From Chlorokybus atmophyticus (taxonomy: Eukaryota; Plantae; Mesostigma and Chlorokybus algae), in NCBI GenBank assembly GCA_009103225.1, contig RHPI01001116.1, forward strand, positions 515,267 through 579,266: DNA of 64,000 nucleotides, read 5' to 3'. Positions within the stretch are counted from its first letter, which is position 1. Each line of letters begins with the position of its first letter. Shown here in pieces: positions 1 to 12,997 of this stretch. The position numbers and the translations under genes are program-made. The notes under the pieces were generated by a model. The model saw nothing but the letters and a program-made list of their open reading frames with translations, searched no databases and was not told the origin of the DNA.

Positions 1-2051
1 CCGACCCACCCACCCCCACTCACCTCTTCCTTTCCCACCGCACTCCTATCTCCCACCATCCCCTGCACCTTCCTCGCCATCTCCTCCATCTCCCCCCTCA
101 TCTTCTCCACCTCCTCCCCCACCCTCTCCACATAGTTCACCCCACTCTCGCAATACTCCATCACTTGGGCGTGATACACCATCTCCGTCTTCAGTCTGTC
201 AATCACTGCTGAATCAATTAGTCTTGGGTTTAGTTTACGGCGCCACTCCTTTGTGTCCAGGACGGAGGTGAGGGTGGTGAGGTGGGTGTGGGTGAGGTGG
301 AGGAGGTGGGAGAGGTGGGTTTGGAGGTGGGAGGAGAGGGAGGAGAAGGAGGAGCCCACGTCGGGGAGGTCGGAGGAGGAGAGGAGGGTGGGGTTGGCGT
401 TGGTGAGGGTGAGTTTGTTGAAGAGGCGGATGCCGAGGACGACGTTGGCCAGCTCCTGCATAGTAGCGACAGATGTGTATATATGAGCGTGCGTGTGCTG
501 ATGTGTGTGTGTATGTAGAGCGTGCCAGACGAAGTGTGTCGTAATTTACAGGTGTGTGCGTACTCGCGTGCGCAAGTACACCCAGCAGCATTTGTGCAGA
601 CAACCAATCAGCCTGTGCTGACGCATCCGGTTATGCAGCGTACATACACGACATGACAATTGCATGTGTACGCGCGTATGTGATATGGTGGGTCGTGTAC
701 ATGTTGACGCGTGCACGCAGCTGGACAACCAGCTGTGTATGCGCATGCGTGCATACTAGGCTTGTTGTGTGCAAGAGACACACCCACCCACCCACCCACC
801 TTGAGTTGCTCCTCCCTTTCCCCCATAGTCCCCGTAAAGAACCTCCTCATCCCCGCCCTCGGGAACGCGCTCTCCATCGCCGCCATCGCCTCCCCTTCCC
901 ACCTACTATCATCCCCCCCCTCCAGACACGCGTCCATCCCGGCGCGAACGCACACGTACGAGAAGATCTCCGTGTAGACGCGGGAGAGGAGGGACTCGTC
1001 CTCCTTGGAACCGATCGGGGTGCGGGCGCGGAGGATGGAGGAGAGGAGGGAGGAACAGGCGGAGTCGCGGTCGAGGAAACTGTGTGTGTGTGTGTGTGTG
1101 TGTGTGAATGTCACAACATCGCTGTTTTGCAACTGACCTACACTCAGACCCACACCCACACCCACACCCACACCCACACCCGCACATCTACACCCACCAT
1201 CCCACCCACCCACCTCGAGTCCATTGCAGCCGCGTGGTCTGCCGCCACCGCATCGTATCTGAGCTGCAGCTTGATGCACTCCAGCGAGGGGTCTCCCTTC
1301 AACCCGACTTGCTGCCCACACCCCAACACAACAGATGTCACATCCCCACCCCACCCCACCCCACTCCAACTCCCTCCCTACAACCAACAACACATCTCAC
1401 TCACCCGTGCGCAGAGCTCAGCGAGTTTGGCGACCGCAGCATCATTGTTGGAGGTAGTGGTTGAGTCCTCTGTTGTTGTTGTTGTTGTGAGGGTGTCTGT
1501 GTTGAGGAAAGCGAAGGAGGTGGGGTCTGCGTAGGCGGCGGCGCGGGCGAGGAAGGCGGTCAGGGTGTCGAGGTCAGGGGGGTCGTCTGTGATTGAGTGC
1601 GAGAGAGAGTGATGTAAGTATGACTTCCTAGGAGACTGATTGCAGTGAGCTGTCGTGTGGGGCTTGTGCATAGGGCATATGCAGTGACTCTGGTATGAGT
1701 TTGTTTTGGTCGTGTGTACTCGCATACACGCGACACATGGTGTCGTGCATCAACACAAATGCTCGCCCTTACGCAGTTGCCCTCATGCATATACGCGCTG
1801 AAACAGACACAGACACAGACACAGACATACATACAGACACCTGAGCGTGCACAAATTTACACGCGCAAGGGTCGCACGTACACAACATCAACGTGCAGTA
1901 TCAGCTCAAGTTGAAGGCAACCACCAGGTGGTAACAGTTTGGGTTGACTGTGAGGAGACATAGTACTTAACTACTTCGCACCTTGTCTTGCCTCTCCTCT
2001 TTCTCTCCTAATCCTGAACACCTCCGCCACAACCCTCCGTGTGGGATCCAT
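1..2051 (-). CDS. CFAP206: Cilia/flagella-associated protein 206 (5' part; continues off the left edge)
   Basis: Hand-spliced GT-AG exons in compatible phases give MDPTRRVVAEVFRIRRERGEARQ|DDPPDLDTLTAFLARAAAY...KLAELCAR|VGLKGDPSLECIKLQLRYD...|...LSRVYTEIFSYVCVRAG...AMESAFPRAGMRRFFTGTMGEREEQLK|ELANVVLGIRLFNK. This matches the CFAP206 pattern 'SVFP..EL..F..L...KE.QLKEL..IV.GIRLFN'. Confidence 0.88.
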
Positions 2052-2612
2052 CACGCCTCCCACTAACACTTACACTACAGCCACTCCCACCACCCACAAG
2101 TGCTTCGACCTCGCCAACCGTCCAACCTCAACAAGGTTGGTTCGGGTGGTTCTCTCTCGCAACTCTCACGCACTGTTGTGTCTCTCGCCGATGCCACCAC
2201 CGGCACCGCCGCCGCCGCCAACGCAATGCATAGGCAGCTTCGCCACGCCATCCGAGTCGCAGATATCGCTCAGCCGTCGCTAAGCTGATGGCTCGATATA
2301 TCCACTAGTCACGTGACATCCTCGCCTTCAGCCGTTGGATCACGTCCCTTTGGAGTCAAAGCAACTGTAGCAGCCGTCCGATGGCACCCCTCCGTGACAC
2401 CCTACCAATAGCGGCGGTGTATTTTTGGCCCCGGGTGTGTGTATACCCCACAAGTCGTGTCACGCTCTCACAGCTTGTGGGTCTGTTTGGGGTGAGGAGG
2501 AGGAGTAGTAGAAGGTTCAGGGGAAGGAGGGTAAGGACGAGGAGGGCGAGGGGGAGGGGGAGGGCAAGGAGCCAAGTGCCTGCGGGCACATACCCAGATC
2601 AACTGCCCCACC

Positions 2613-4165
2613 ATGGCGCCCCAGGCGGTGCTCCACCACGCGCCGACGGTGTCCGAGCGCATGAAGGCCGCGGCGATGGCCCCAATGACGGTCATACTCG
2701 CGCCGGCAGTGGGGTTCGTCACGTCGGCTATGAACGCCACAAGAATCAAGGTGAGACAATGACACCAGTGTGTAGTGAAACCCACAGTCACACCAACTTA
2801 CGGATGGCTGTTGCAATCGTATGCGCTGAAGTGGTCTGTGTGTGTACACGTGCACACACACGCCATCCACGCAACAACCTTCATACTGCTCCTGTGATGC
2901 AACGTGTGCACCACACACGTGCACACGTACACATAACGTTTTTGTGTCTGTATCTCCACACACAGTCATTGAACCCACCCATCATGCCTCAACCCTCTGC
3001 ATCATGTACAACCACATGCTCACAACCATCACCAACACCAACAACACCTCTCATCACAGATTGAGAAGGACGCTTACCTATCCTGGGACGCCTGGCGCGC
3101 CGCGGCCGCCGAGTTCATCGCCGCCCTCCTCTTCCTCTTCATCACGATGGGTGCCGTCAACGACACCGTGTTGGGTATCGAGTCCCACATGGACGCCGCT
3201 CGCGTGTTGGTCATCTCCCTCTCTTTCGGTCTCTCCATCACATTACTAGTCTCAGCGACAGCCGCGTTATCAGGTGGACACATCAACCCTGCTGTCACAG
3301 TCAGTATGGTGCTCACGGGTAATATATCGGTGGTGAGGGCGGCGATGTATGTGGGAGCGCAGCTATCGGGAGCTGTTGTGGGTGCGGCGCTGTTCAAAGG
3401 GGCGATGCCGGAGGGAAGGCAGTTTGTGGGAGCGAATGGACTGAATGAAGGGGTGTCGGCGGGATCGGCACTGCTCATGGAGATCATACTGACGTTTGTA
3501 CTGGTGTTTGTCATCTTCGCTACCGCCGTCGACAAGAGGTGAGCTGTAATCATGCGCACGCACACGCACACACGAGTTATCCGCTCATACGCACATGGAT
3601 ATGCACACACGTGTGCAAGCGCATGCGTATGTACACGCACACGCATAACATGCACAATTCCGTTCTGTGACACACTCTAACACTCCACCCCACTCCCAGG
3701 GGTCCTAGCAACGTTGCTCCCCTCGCCATCGGTTTCGCCGTGACCGTCGCCCACTTCGTCGCGATCCCTTTCGCGGGTACTTCCCTCAACCCGGCTCGTT
3801 CTTTCGGCGCATCCGTGGTGGCGTGGCAGTGGGACGACCACTGGATCTTCTGGCTGGGCCCTATTGTCGGGGCCGTTCTGGCATCCATGGTGTACAAGCA
3901 CGTGTTTTACAGAGCGGACGACGTGAAGCCGGCGGAAGTGATGAACGGGGGACAGAACGGGAATGGAGGGGAGCAGCAGGTCGTGATGCAGGATATGCAG
4001 GAGGTCGACCTACGCGGTGAGTTTATTGCATGTGTTGTGTTGAGAAATGTAACACACACGTGGGTGTACACCAAACCTCTGTCTGCTTGATATGAGACGC
4101 ACTTCATGGCTGATTGTGCATCCTCTGCAGAGCATACCAAACACGGCTACAGCCCGATGATGTAA
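2613..4165 (+). CDS. Aquaporin (MIP family), PIP-like F/H/T/R filter, 4 exons
   Basis: ATG in cccaccATGG context. Exons are about 2613-2750, 3060-3538, 3700-4016 and 4131-4165, all phase-compatible. Contains AEFIA (TM1), GGHINPAVT, EIILTFVLVFVIFAT, GTSLNPARSFG and WIFWLGPIVG. Confidence 0.95.
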
Positions 4166-4622
4166 AGTGCGAATGTTTGAGGTTGGGAGCTGAACCACAA
4201 AACCACACGCTGCACCTGAGATAAACAGGAAAGCCAATTGTGGTCTGCCGGCCTTTTCCTGCAAGTTCCAACTACACAATATCCCCAAGTTGTGAGATAG
4301 TGTGTGCGCAGTTGGCAAGATTTTGCACAGTAGTAGCCAGACTTCAAACAGATGGCAAGTGTACACATTGCTCTGCCCTACCAGTTACATAGCAAAACGG
4401 GCACATCCCAACATGTCGTTTATCAATTAGCCTTTTCAGGCACAAACACAACCGACCCTGATGTTATCTCCACTGGACTGAACGCTCTCAACATGTACAC
4501 ACTGTGGCTGTGCTGCCTTGTTGCCTGCTGCAATGATGCTTGCATTTATGGTGCGTGTCCACGAGCGAGCCACAATTATCAATACACGAAAGGTGATGAT
4601 AGCGATCTCCTCCTCATTGCGC

Positions 4623-7600
4623 TCAACTGAAGTCCTCAACCAACTCCTCTTCGATTTCGCTCGTCATACCCAAATTTCCGTTTAGCTGGCCATTCAACGA
4701 CCTTCCCGCCTTCTCACTCAGACACTTAGCGCGCACGGCCTAACACAACCAGCCAGTCAGACTCGGTGACACAACTTCAATGCATACAGCAACATGCATG
4801 CGAGGATTGCACGTACCTCTTCAATCTCTTTCAAAACGTCTGGGCGCTCCTTAAGAAACTTTGCTGCTGTCTCCTTTCCTTGACCCAAGCTGCACGCAAT
4901 GCATAACAACCGTTTATACCTTATGCTTTCAATGCAGATGAGAACAAAATGGTTGGTTGTGTGATGACCGCATTACCTCTGATTTGCATAGTAGTACCAG
5001 GATCCCTTCCTTGTGATGATGTCATAGCCTGGAGCCTCAGCGGCTGAAAGAACAGACTCCTGCCCCATCAACACACATACGCGTCACAACAAACGCCAGC
5101 AACCATACAGGAAGGCGCGAGATTACAACACAGGTTTACTATGCACAAGAGGAACACGTTGATTCTGTTGTAGTCATGCATGCATGCATATGCACAAAAG
5201 TAATACAAGTGAGATGATCCACGTGCACCCCTCTTCAGCCATACGCACCGTCTTGTCAATGCCGAACCCGTAGATTATGGCCAGATCAACTGCCACAATT
5301 GGCCGTGAAACCTGGCAATCAGCAAATCAGCAAATTTGTTGTTCGATTTGAAGGCTGTAAGAGCATGCACCAGCTAATGAGCATGCAACATGTAAGCAGC
5401 ATGAGATCGCTTGCCTTGCTCTTGGTGACCTTAACCTTGACATGATGACCAACTTGATTTTGTTTCTACACGGCACACAAGGGAAAAAATAAGTGATGAG
5501 CAGCAAACCGACAATGCTGAACATGTCATTTGTGTCTGGCAAGCCACATACCCCATCGTCCATGCCCGATCCAGACGTTTTCCTAATGTCAAGGATGACG
5601 CTGGCAAAGTAGTTCAACGCTCTTCCTCCCGGCGTCACATCCGGGCTCCCGTAAAACACGCCAATCTGATGCATGCCCATGGTCAGATACGAAAACTCCA
5701 ATGAGAGGTACATTCAATGTGCAGAACCCAACCTTGGAGCGGTACTGATTGATGAATATTAGCGTCGTGCCAGTAGTGCCCGCCTTTGTTGTAAGCTTGC
5801 GCAAAGCCTGACTCATCATTCGTGCCTGCTGACCCATTGTCGCATCCCCAACCTCCCCCTGCAAATAGACACAATGAATAACAACATGCTTATGAAAGCA
5901 GTATGCAATGAACGCCGTGAGGCACTGGATGCAAGTGTATGCAGTTAGTATTACGATTGCGCCATCTGATTCTGACCTCCAATTCAGCCTTTGGCACTAA
6001 AGCAGCCACAGAGTCCACCACAATCAGATCCACAGCGCCCGATTGGATTACGCTCTCAATGACTGCGAGACAATAAGAAGTTCTGACCAATTGTTGCGAC
6101 CATTATTGAGACCACATCAAGCTGCAGCAGCAGATGCGTACTATTCAGAGCTTGTTCTCCATACTCGGGTGCATGGTAGATCAAGTTGCCTACGTCAACT
6201 CCACAGTTGCTAGCATAATCAGGGTCCAGCGCGTTCTCAGCGTCCACAAGCATGGCCATCCCACCATTAGCCTGCATTGTACATAGTTTATCAAATCAAG
6301 TCCTGCACTACACACGGCATAGAACAAGCATTGGGAAGCACAGCTCACCTGTACTTCTGCAATTGCATGCAGAGCAAGAGTGGTCTTCCCGCTGGACTCC
6401 GGCCCCAAAATCTGACGATGCAATGCACAGAGCTAGTTAAAAGCTGCAATATAACTGCTGCTGATTGCACAAGCGCACACTGTGCGTGTGTGCAATGATT
6501 TGACTGTGCATGACAGAGGGGGTTGAGGTTGGCAATGCTGATCACCACTACAATCTCACCCACCTGGATAATTCGACCCTTGGGGAAGCCGCCGTCGAGT
6601 GCGATGTCAAGGTTCAAAGCACCGGTGGATATTCTTTCGCTGCCAACACAAAACCCCATAAGCCTTGTTACACAACAGCCGTGAGTGTTGTTGCTTGTGT
6701 GCAAAACACCCTGAGAGGACACCCTTACAGCTTGGCGTTGATGAAAGCTGTAGCATCACCCCATCTCATGACAGTGTTCTCTCCATACTGCTTCCCAAGT
6801 CGACCGAGCATGTCGTTTACTAACTTTTTCTGCAGCAATGATGAGTGCCCGTATCAGTGGCAGCAGTACTACGGACCAACGATGACTACACACGACGTTG
6901 ACATGCTCAACGCACAGCAAGCCAATTGCATGTTTTTTCCAATAGCATGTGCACAATTCACATGCAATTGTTGCGATTCACAGTGTTACTGCTTAACAAA
7001 ACTGCTACAATGAACGATTGCAATTGTGTTACTGATTTGCATATATGCAACAGGCATGCAGTGCAAATAAGATTTACATTTTCGTGTGCATGCATTGCAG
7101 ACATGCACAGAAGGAAAGCAGAAGGTGCATCATGCCAAGTCAACCGCTCCTTGATACACGTATTGCATGTTTGAGGTCTGCCAGCATCATATCACGCAAA
7201 ATGCAACCAACGCTCCAAGACTACCCATTACCTTCTTGTCCTCCGCCGGTTCTGCCTCTTGGCTCCCCGTTTGGGCGGTCTTCCTGCTTCTCCTTCCGCC
7301 GCCCGTGACGGCGCATGTCACTGGCGTCCTCGCTGTTCTAATGTGTGCATGCCGCGATAGATTCGATGCGGGAAGTGCCGGTAACCGCGTTCCAAAGGAT
7401 GGGCGAAGCGAAACCCTGCCAAAATGCATAAGCTGAGATGTGCGTGTTGGACGTATGAGTGCAAGTGTGACAAACGCCGAGCATATGTCAGGTCAGGCGA
7501 TATTGCAAGTGTTCAGACACATACATGCAATGCCATTGAGCACGCCCAGATAGCTGCAACCCAAATACAAACAGTTCAACTCGAGGCGTGAAACAACTGT

Positions 7601-8146
7601 AGCTGCATGCCATATTGGCCAACTAGTCAAAACTTCCTGTTCATGCAGACGCGCGGCACAATGTATGTCGTCTGCACAGAGCACTTGCAGAACAACAGCA
7701 ATCAGCAAAGCTGCTTGCAATTGAAGAGTGTATCTATTGATCGACAAATGCATCTGTCCTTGTGCTGGCACTGGCCTTCTTATGCATACCAGTTATACTT
7801 GAAGCGTGGACTCCAGACGCACACAAAGGCCAGACCAATCACAGTGATGGAAGCTCGCATTCCAATAAGTGAACGCTTCTTTGTCAGTCAAGCTAGGGTT
7901 TGACTTTCTTTTCTGCAGGTTGGGCTTAAGTATCTACGTAAGCTGTGTGTAACGTGAATGCCACCAAAAGGCAAGCATCGTCGTTTGCCACAAAACATCA
8001 AGAGATCCATCGGACCCACACAACAGGCCAGCAGAAACCGACAAGTTGACTCACAGCACAGTTCCACACCTGCTGGTGGACGCCGCTCCCGCAGCGACGG
8101 TGGCCGCCGCCGCCGCAGAGCCGACAACCGCCACAGCGGCCGGCAT
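4623..8146 (-). CDS. RECA: Organelle-targeted RecA recombinase, multi-exon
   Basis: Spliced exons give an Ala/Arg/Ser-rich presequence ([17 protein letters not shown]...[11 protein letters not shown]), then [32 protein letters not shown], Walker [48 protein letters not shown] and LGQGKE. Stop at 4623. Confidence 0.95.
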
Positions 8147-8478
8147 GGCGCACTGACAGGAAGAGGCACGGCTTTGCCCAACCGCTTCCTTCTCGTCCTT
8201 CTCCTCTTCCTTTCCCTGCACCTCCTCCGCCGACTTCCCCAAATACGCCGCCGCCGCCGCCTACACCGCCTACCAGGCTGGCAATCCCGTCCACAACGGC
8301 TACAGTGGCAAGCCTCTGTTGCCAGCAGTGTCTGCCCGTGCGCGGCAAATGCCCTGTCGCGCACAGTGCGCGACGACGCAAAGCGATAAGCTGCCGGCTC
8401 GAATTTTCAGCAAGTGGTGGACCACTGGGCGGTCATGAAATTTCCGCCAGAAAAGTTTTGAGGCCCTCAAATTGAGGG

Positions 8479-8490
8479 TAGGGTTTAGGG
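8479..8490 (-). promoter_or_regulatory. Telo-box (CCCTAAACCCTA) upstream of RECA
   Basis: TAGGGTTTAGGG on the + strand, about 330 bp upstream of the RECA ATG. Telo-boxes are known plant promoter elements. Confidence 0.45.
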
Positions 8491-10228
8491 AAGCATTCAA
8501 TCATTGAAGCGACCAGAAAACGACGACCAGCTAGCCTGTACTGTGTGTAGCATCTCCTGTACTGCACGCTTGCATGACCGAACTTTTTTAACTGGTAGTA
8601 AAGGAAATGCACATTATACTAGTAAAATCATACCACAAATGTGCTCGATGTGCTGTGATAACTTTCGTAATATGCTTTTGTTGCTCTGCTGGTCTCATTA
8701 ATCTGTATGACTACCAATAATGTCAAGTTGACATCTTGCTCTGAGAACTGCACTTAAACGAGCTCAAACAAAGGCATATCACATGGTGCACGGTGCATAC
8801 CATCTACTTTGAATTATTACTCTGCTATTGATGATGTTTTTACGAATTGGTTTGCACGTGTATAGGGAAATACATAGTATAGAGATAATGTACAAACCTT
8901 CCACATTATTAACCAAAGTGATAAATATAAGCACGTGTTACATAATCAATGTGTATTGATAAATCACCCCAGCATCAACAATGGTATATGCAATGTGCAA
9001 TACGTGTCGCAACTATGCATGTTACACTTACGTGACATATACGAGACTTGTCACAATGCAATGCACTGTCAATATCTTATCACCCTATATACAAACATGT
9101 TCATCGTTGTATGCAGTAGTTGTAGGATGCGGCATGCATTAATCATGCATATTGCATATTTAGCAATGTCCATGGATGTAACTTTATAAATATACAAGGA
9201 TGTATGATACATCCACATGTAAACTTATTGTTGGTGTATTAAAAGTTATAATCTGATCATGGCACAATGTATCGTTATCGTCACACTCTTTCAATGTGCA
9301 TGTGACGCATCGCATGCATATAATTGTAGCAGCACACATTATGTCAACAATTGCAATCAACTGACGTTCGTACGATCCACCTCGCGCATGTGCACGTGAA
9401 TCGCAATCAACTTATATGATAAGCTTTATTGACTTATCACATGCACGTGTGTTGATCTGTAGCAGAAATATGTAATATTAATAACATAAACGTACATACG
9501 TATGTATACGTGCATGCATATGCATGTGGATTGCAACCAATTTATATAACATGCATGGTTTTATGAAACTTATATAAAATGAAAGGTTTTATGAAACTTT
9601 CTTAGAACTTGTCATACTATTGTAAGTCATAAACGAACCTGTTAATCATAATCATGTGCGCAGGTGGAGCCCTGAATGCTCAGCGAGTAGTCCACAAAAA
9701 CACGCACAAGCACTTGTTTCAGTTGATGATGACAAAGTGGCAAACCACAGCATCCACAAAAAGATGAGTGCAAGCAATAGAGAGGTGGATGAGTGTGAGG
9801 AGCGGTTTGATTGATAGCAAAACTGACACGGGGCCCATATGTAAGTCATTGCATCATGTATGATACGAATGACTACATCAAGATTTAATGCTTATAACTA
9901 GTGCCTTATATATGCTGGTAAGGCTACTGCGTAATGTCACAAGCAATGACCATAGCATCAAACATTACGACACTTGACATAACGCAATAGCACGCAGTGT
10001 GCAGGCTAGGTATTGGTTGCATTGCACTTTATAATGCATGTCGCACTTAACCCAAGTGCGGGTTATGGAGCTGCAGGCGTAAGACATAAATAGCGATGGC
10101 GGCGGCATCAGCAACGAAGCGCAAGAGAGGCGCAGAGAGGGCCAGGCTGTCGAGGCGTCTATTAATGCGTCCAACCTGAAGCCCGGGTCTCACCTTGCAG
10201 AGGCAAAGGGCTTGCCTTCTCCCTGCGT

Positions 10229-10621
10229 TCTGCATGTTCAAGCATGCTGAACAGCCTGCCCATCGGCTGAGCATCGCCATGGGCCTACCGCTCAGCTCCT
10301 CAGCAACAATAGCCGTTGAGGAGCTGAGCACGTGCACATGCAGCACTAGAAGTGCGGCGTACTGAAAGACCGCACAAGAGCTCACCTCCCTGCCGCCCAG
10401 AGCTGGCTCAACGGCGATATGGCAGTTGCCTCCACCGCCGCTGAAGAGCCAGCCCGCTGAGCTGGCTCTGGCTGCTTCATGGCAGCCAAAGGCCAGCCTT
10501 GTACGGCCTCCCCTCCCTCTCCATAACCTCCAGCAGGGCGACCTCCCCGCCGTTGTCGTTGTTGTTGTTGTTGTTCACAGCGCCCCTAGCGCTAACATTT
10601 GCTGCTCTGAGCGCTGTTTGA
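10229..10621 (+). repeat. Split direct repeat A1
   Basis: Near-identical to about 16809-17204 (TTCAAGCATGCTGAACAGCCTGCCCAT...CTGAGCGCTGTTTGA). Confidence 0.95.
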
Positions 10622-10958
10622 GGAGGGAGGAGGAGGGGGGAAGGAGGGGCGGCATGCAGCAGCCCGGCTCAGCTGGAGGCAACCCGTGGTGGCCGTACGA
10701 GTATCCTAACGCTTGGGCGAACACCTGGCTGCTGCCACCATCTGAAGGGTTTGAGCTGCAGCGCCTTGGTGCCGGCACTCGAGCGGTGGATTTGCAAGCT
10801 TTGGGGCAGCGGGTGGGCGTCGGCGTGATCGTGGACAACGCGTATGGCGTGGACATCTTGCGTCAAGCGGACACACAGACAGGCCCTGGGCGTCCCTTGC
10901 ATGACCGTTTAATTGTTGCTTTGGGCCTCTGCAGGGGGAACCCCTTGTACGCGTTGCC

Positions 10959-12674
10959 TTGGAGACGTCGGAGTCCCCAATCCCGTTGCCGCTCAACTAC
11001 CTGGTGCAGCAACGCAGCGGCGACAACACAGGGTGGTGGGACGCTTTTGACAACGTTGTCTCTTCGCGGCGCATGCGCGAGCACTTGAGAGAAGGACAAA
11101 CCCCTCGCGCTCAAAACAAAGACACAGTACTTGGGGGGCGCATCTTGTGGAGACGAAAGACGCGGCCCGCACATGGCAGGTTCCCGGGACTCTCCCCACC
11201 GCCACCAGACCTTGAGGCGCAGATGGACCCCGCTGAGGGTCCGTACCTACCCCCGCTCCCCCCTGCGCAGGCGGTCGCGCAGCCCCAACCGCCGCGGCCC
11301 CGTGCCCTACCCGTACCAGCGTCGGAGCCCTGCTCGGGGTTGCAGCAGGAGCCGCAGCCCCCTGCGCCGATGGCAACGTTGCTTGCCAATCAGGCGCAGC
11401 TGGAGCCCCCCGGCACGAAAATCGCATCACCCCCCATCTCCGCGGCTGCAGGCGGAGCAGTCGGGAGCGCCTCTCCTGCCTCAGAAGGCACCAGTTCCGT
11501 TCGTGCCAGCACTGAACGTCTCAGCTCCCCTCCCGCCAGCTCTGGCGGTGCCTCCTCCACCCGCTTTCGTCACGCCATCGCTAGGCGTCGCACCAGGCGC
11601 GCCTTGCGACGCTGGCGGAAGAAGCGCGCCAGCGCCGCTGCCGCCTTCAACCTCGCGACCACCCTCGATGCTGAGTTTGGGCTACTTGCATACTGAGAAT
11701 CCTCAGGCAGCGACTGATGTGGCTGCATTGCTAGCAGCGGGTGGCTTGCAGGGGCTGCTAGGACGCATGGTGTGTGCGGAGCTAAGCGTGGGACAATGGA
11801 CGCTCGCGCGCGTGGAGGGCGTGATCGATGCTGCCGCCGGCCTCATTGTTGTGCGCACGTTACCCGCCAACCAGCCCCTGCAGGTGTGTCGGCCTCTGTC
11901 CTAACCTTGGCGAGTGCCGACCCCTCTACAATCGCACCACCACTAGCGGCGCAGCCGGCCCCTTTCATACGTCACCCCACCGTGCCTCCAGCTGTGGGAG
12001 CTAACCCCTCTACCATCGTTACCCCGCTGACGACGCAGCCAGCCCCATGCACACCTCACCCCACAGTCCCTTCAGCTGCAACGCCTGGGCGCTCGTTCGC
12101 GGAGGCGAAGGGCATGAAGCTGGCAGCTGATGGCGTACATGTCACCCACTTCACGCGCACCTCGCACTTTGTGCGTGTCCGCAACAACATTGTTGACCGC
12201 TTCACAGGAGATGCGGCGCACAAGGGATTGTTGCAGCAACTACACAAATCGAAGATGATCACGGACACGCAGTATCCGCTCATGGCGGCGTACGTACATG
12301 TGCTGCTTGAAACGTGTTTGTACAAAGAGTTTGGGGACGTTCATGCTTCATTGTTTGGGGAGGACTGCGCTCGGGCCCTCGAGGCGAGCAAGTTGGACCT
12401 GTTCATGGACTACACGGAGGCGCACCTCATCACCGAGCTGCTGGACTTCTACACGGAGGTTCGGAAGGAGGCAGCCACTCAGCTTGGACAATACCAACAC
12501 ATGACAAGGTACGCGCGTTTGTTGCAGGGTATGCCTTTGTGTCGCGCCTCTCCATTCCTTTCTTCAACATTCTACTTCATGCACTGCCTCGGGCAGTTGC
12601 ACACCACTCATGAGCCTGCAAGCCTCCGTTTGCTGCCCTTGGGGCAAAGCCAAGGAGAGCTTGTCGCCGTCTAG
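10959..12674 (+). pseudogene. gag-like ORF1 region of the YR retrotransposon (fragmented ORFs)
   Basis: ORFs 10959-11696 and 11772-12674 lie between A1 and pol. The call is positional; no diagnostic gag motif was recognised. Confidence 0.45.
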
Positions 12675-12997
12675 GCATGGCCTGACGTGCTCTGCATGGC
12701 CATGCTGAATGTTTATGCACCGGCGCAGGTGTTTCCAAACCAACTTGCTAAAGCCGCTCCCCAATGGTGGAGACAAGGCCAAAGGAGCTGCACCTGCAAG
12801 CGGCGTGGACAACGCCACCAACAATGGCAGCAACAATAACCACAATAGCAAGCAAGCCGTTGCCGGCAACGACGGAGGGTGGCGTAGACACCAAGACAGG
12901 AAGGCGTGAGTAGCATAGGACAGAATACCTTGTGTATATCCCCGTGTGCAATCTATTTTGTTGTGTCTTATACCATATGATTGCTTGAGATTGGTGC

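Noticed and set aside
2468-2791. Hydrophobic minus-strand ORF resembling a transporter
   Set aside because: It is the antisense shadow of aquaporin exon 1, which has a good ATG context and an in-phase AAG|GTGAG donor on the + strand.
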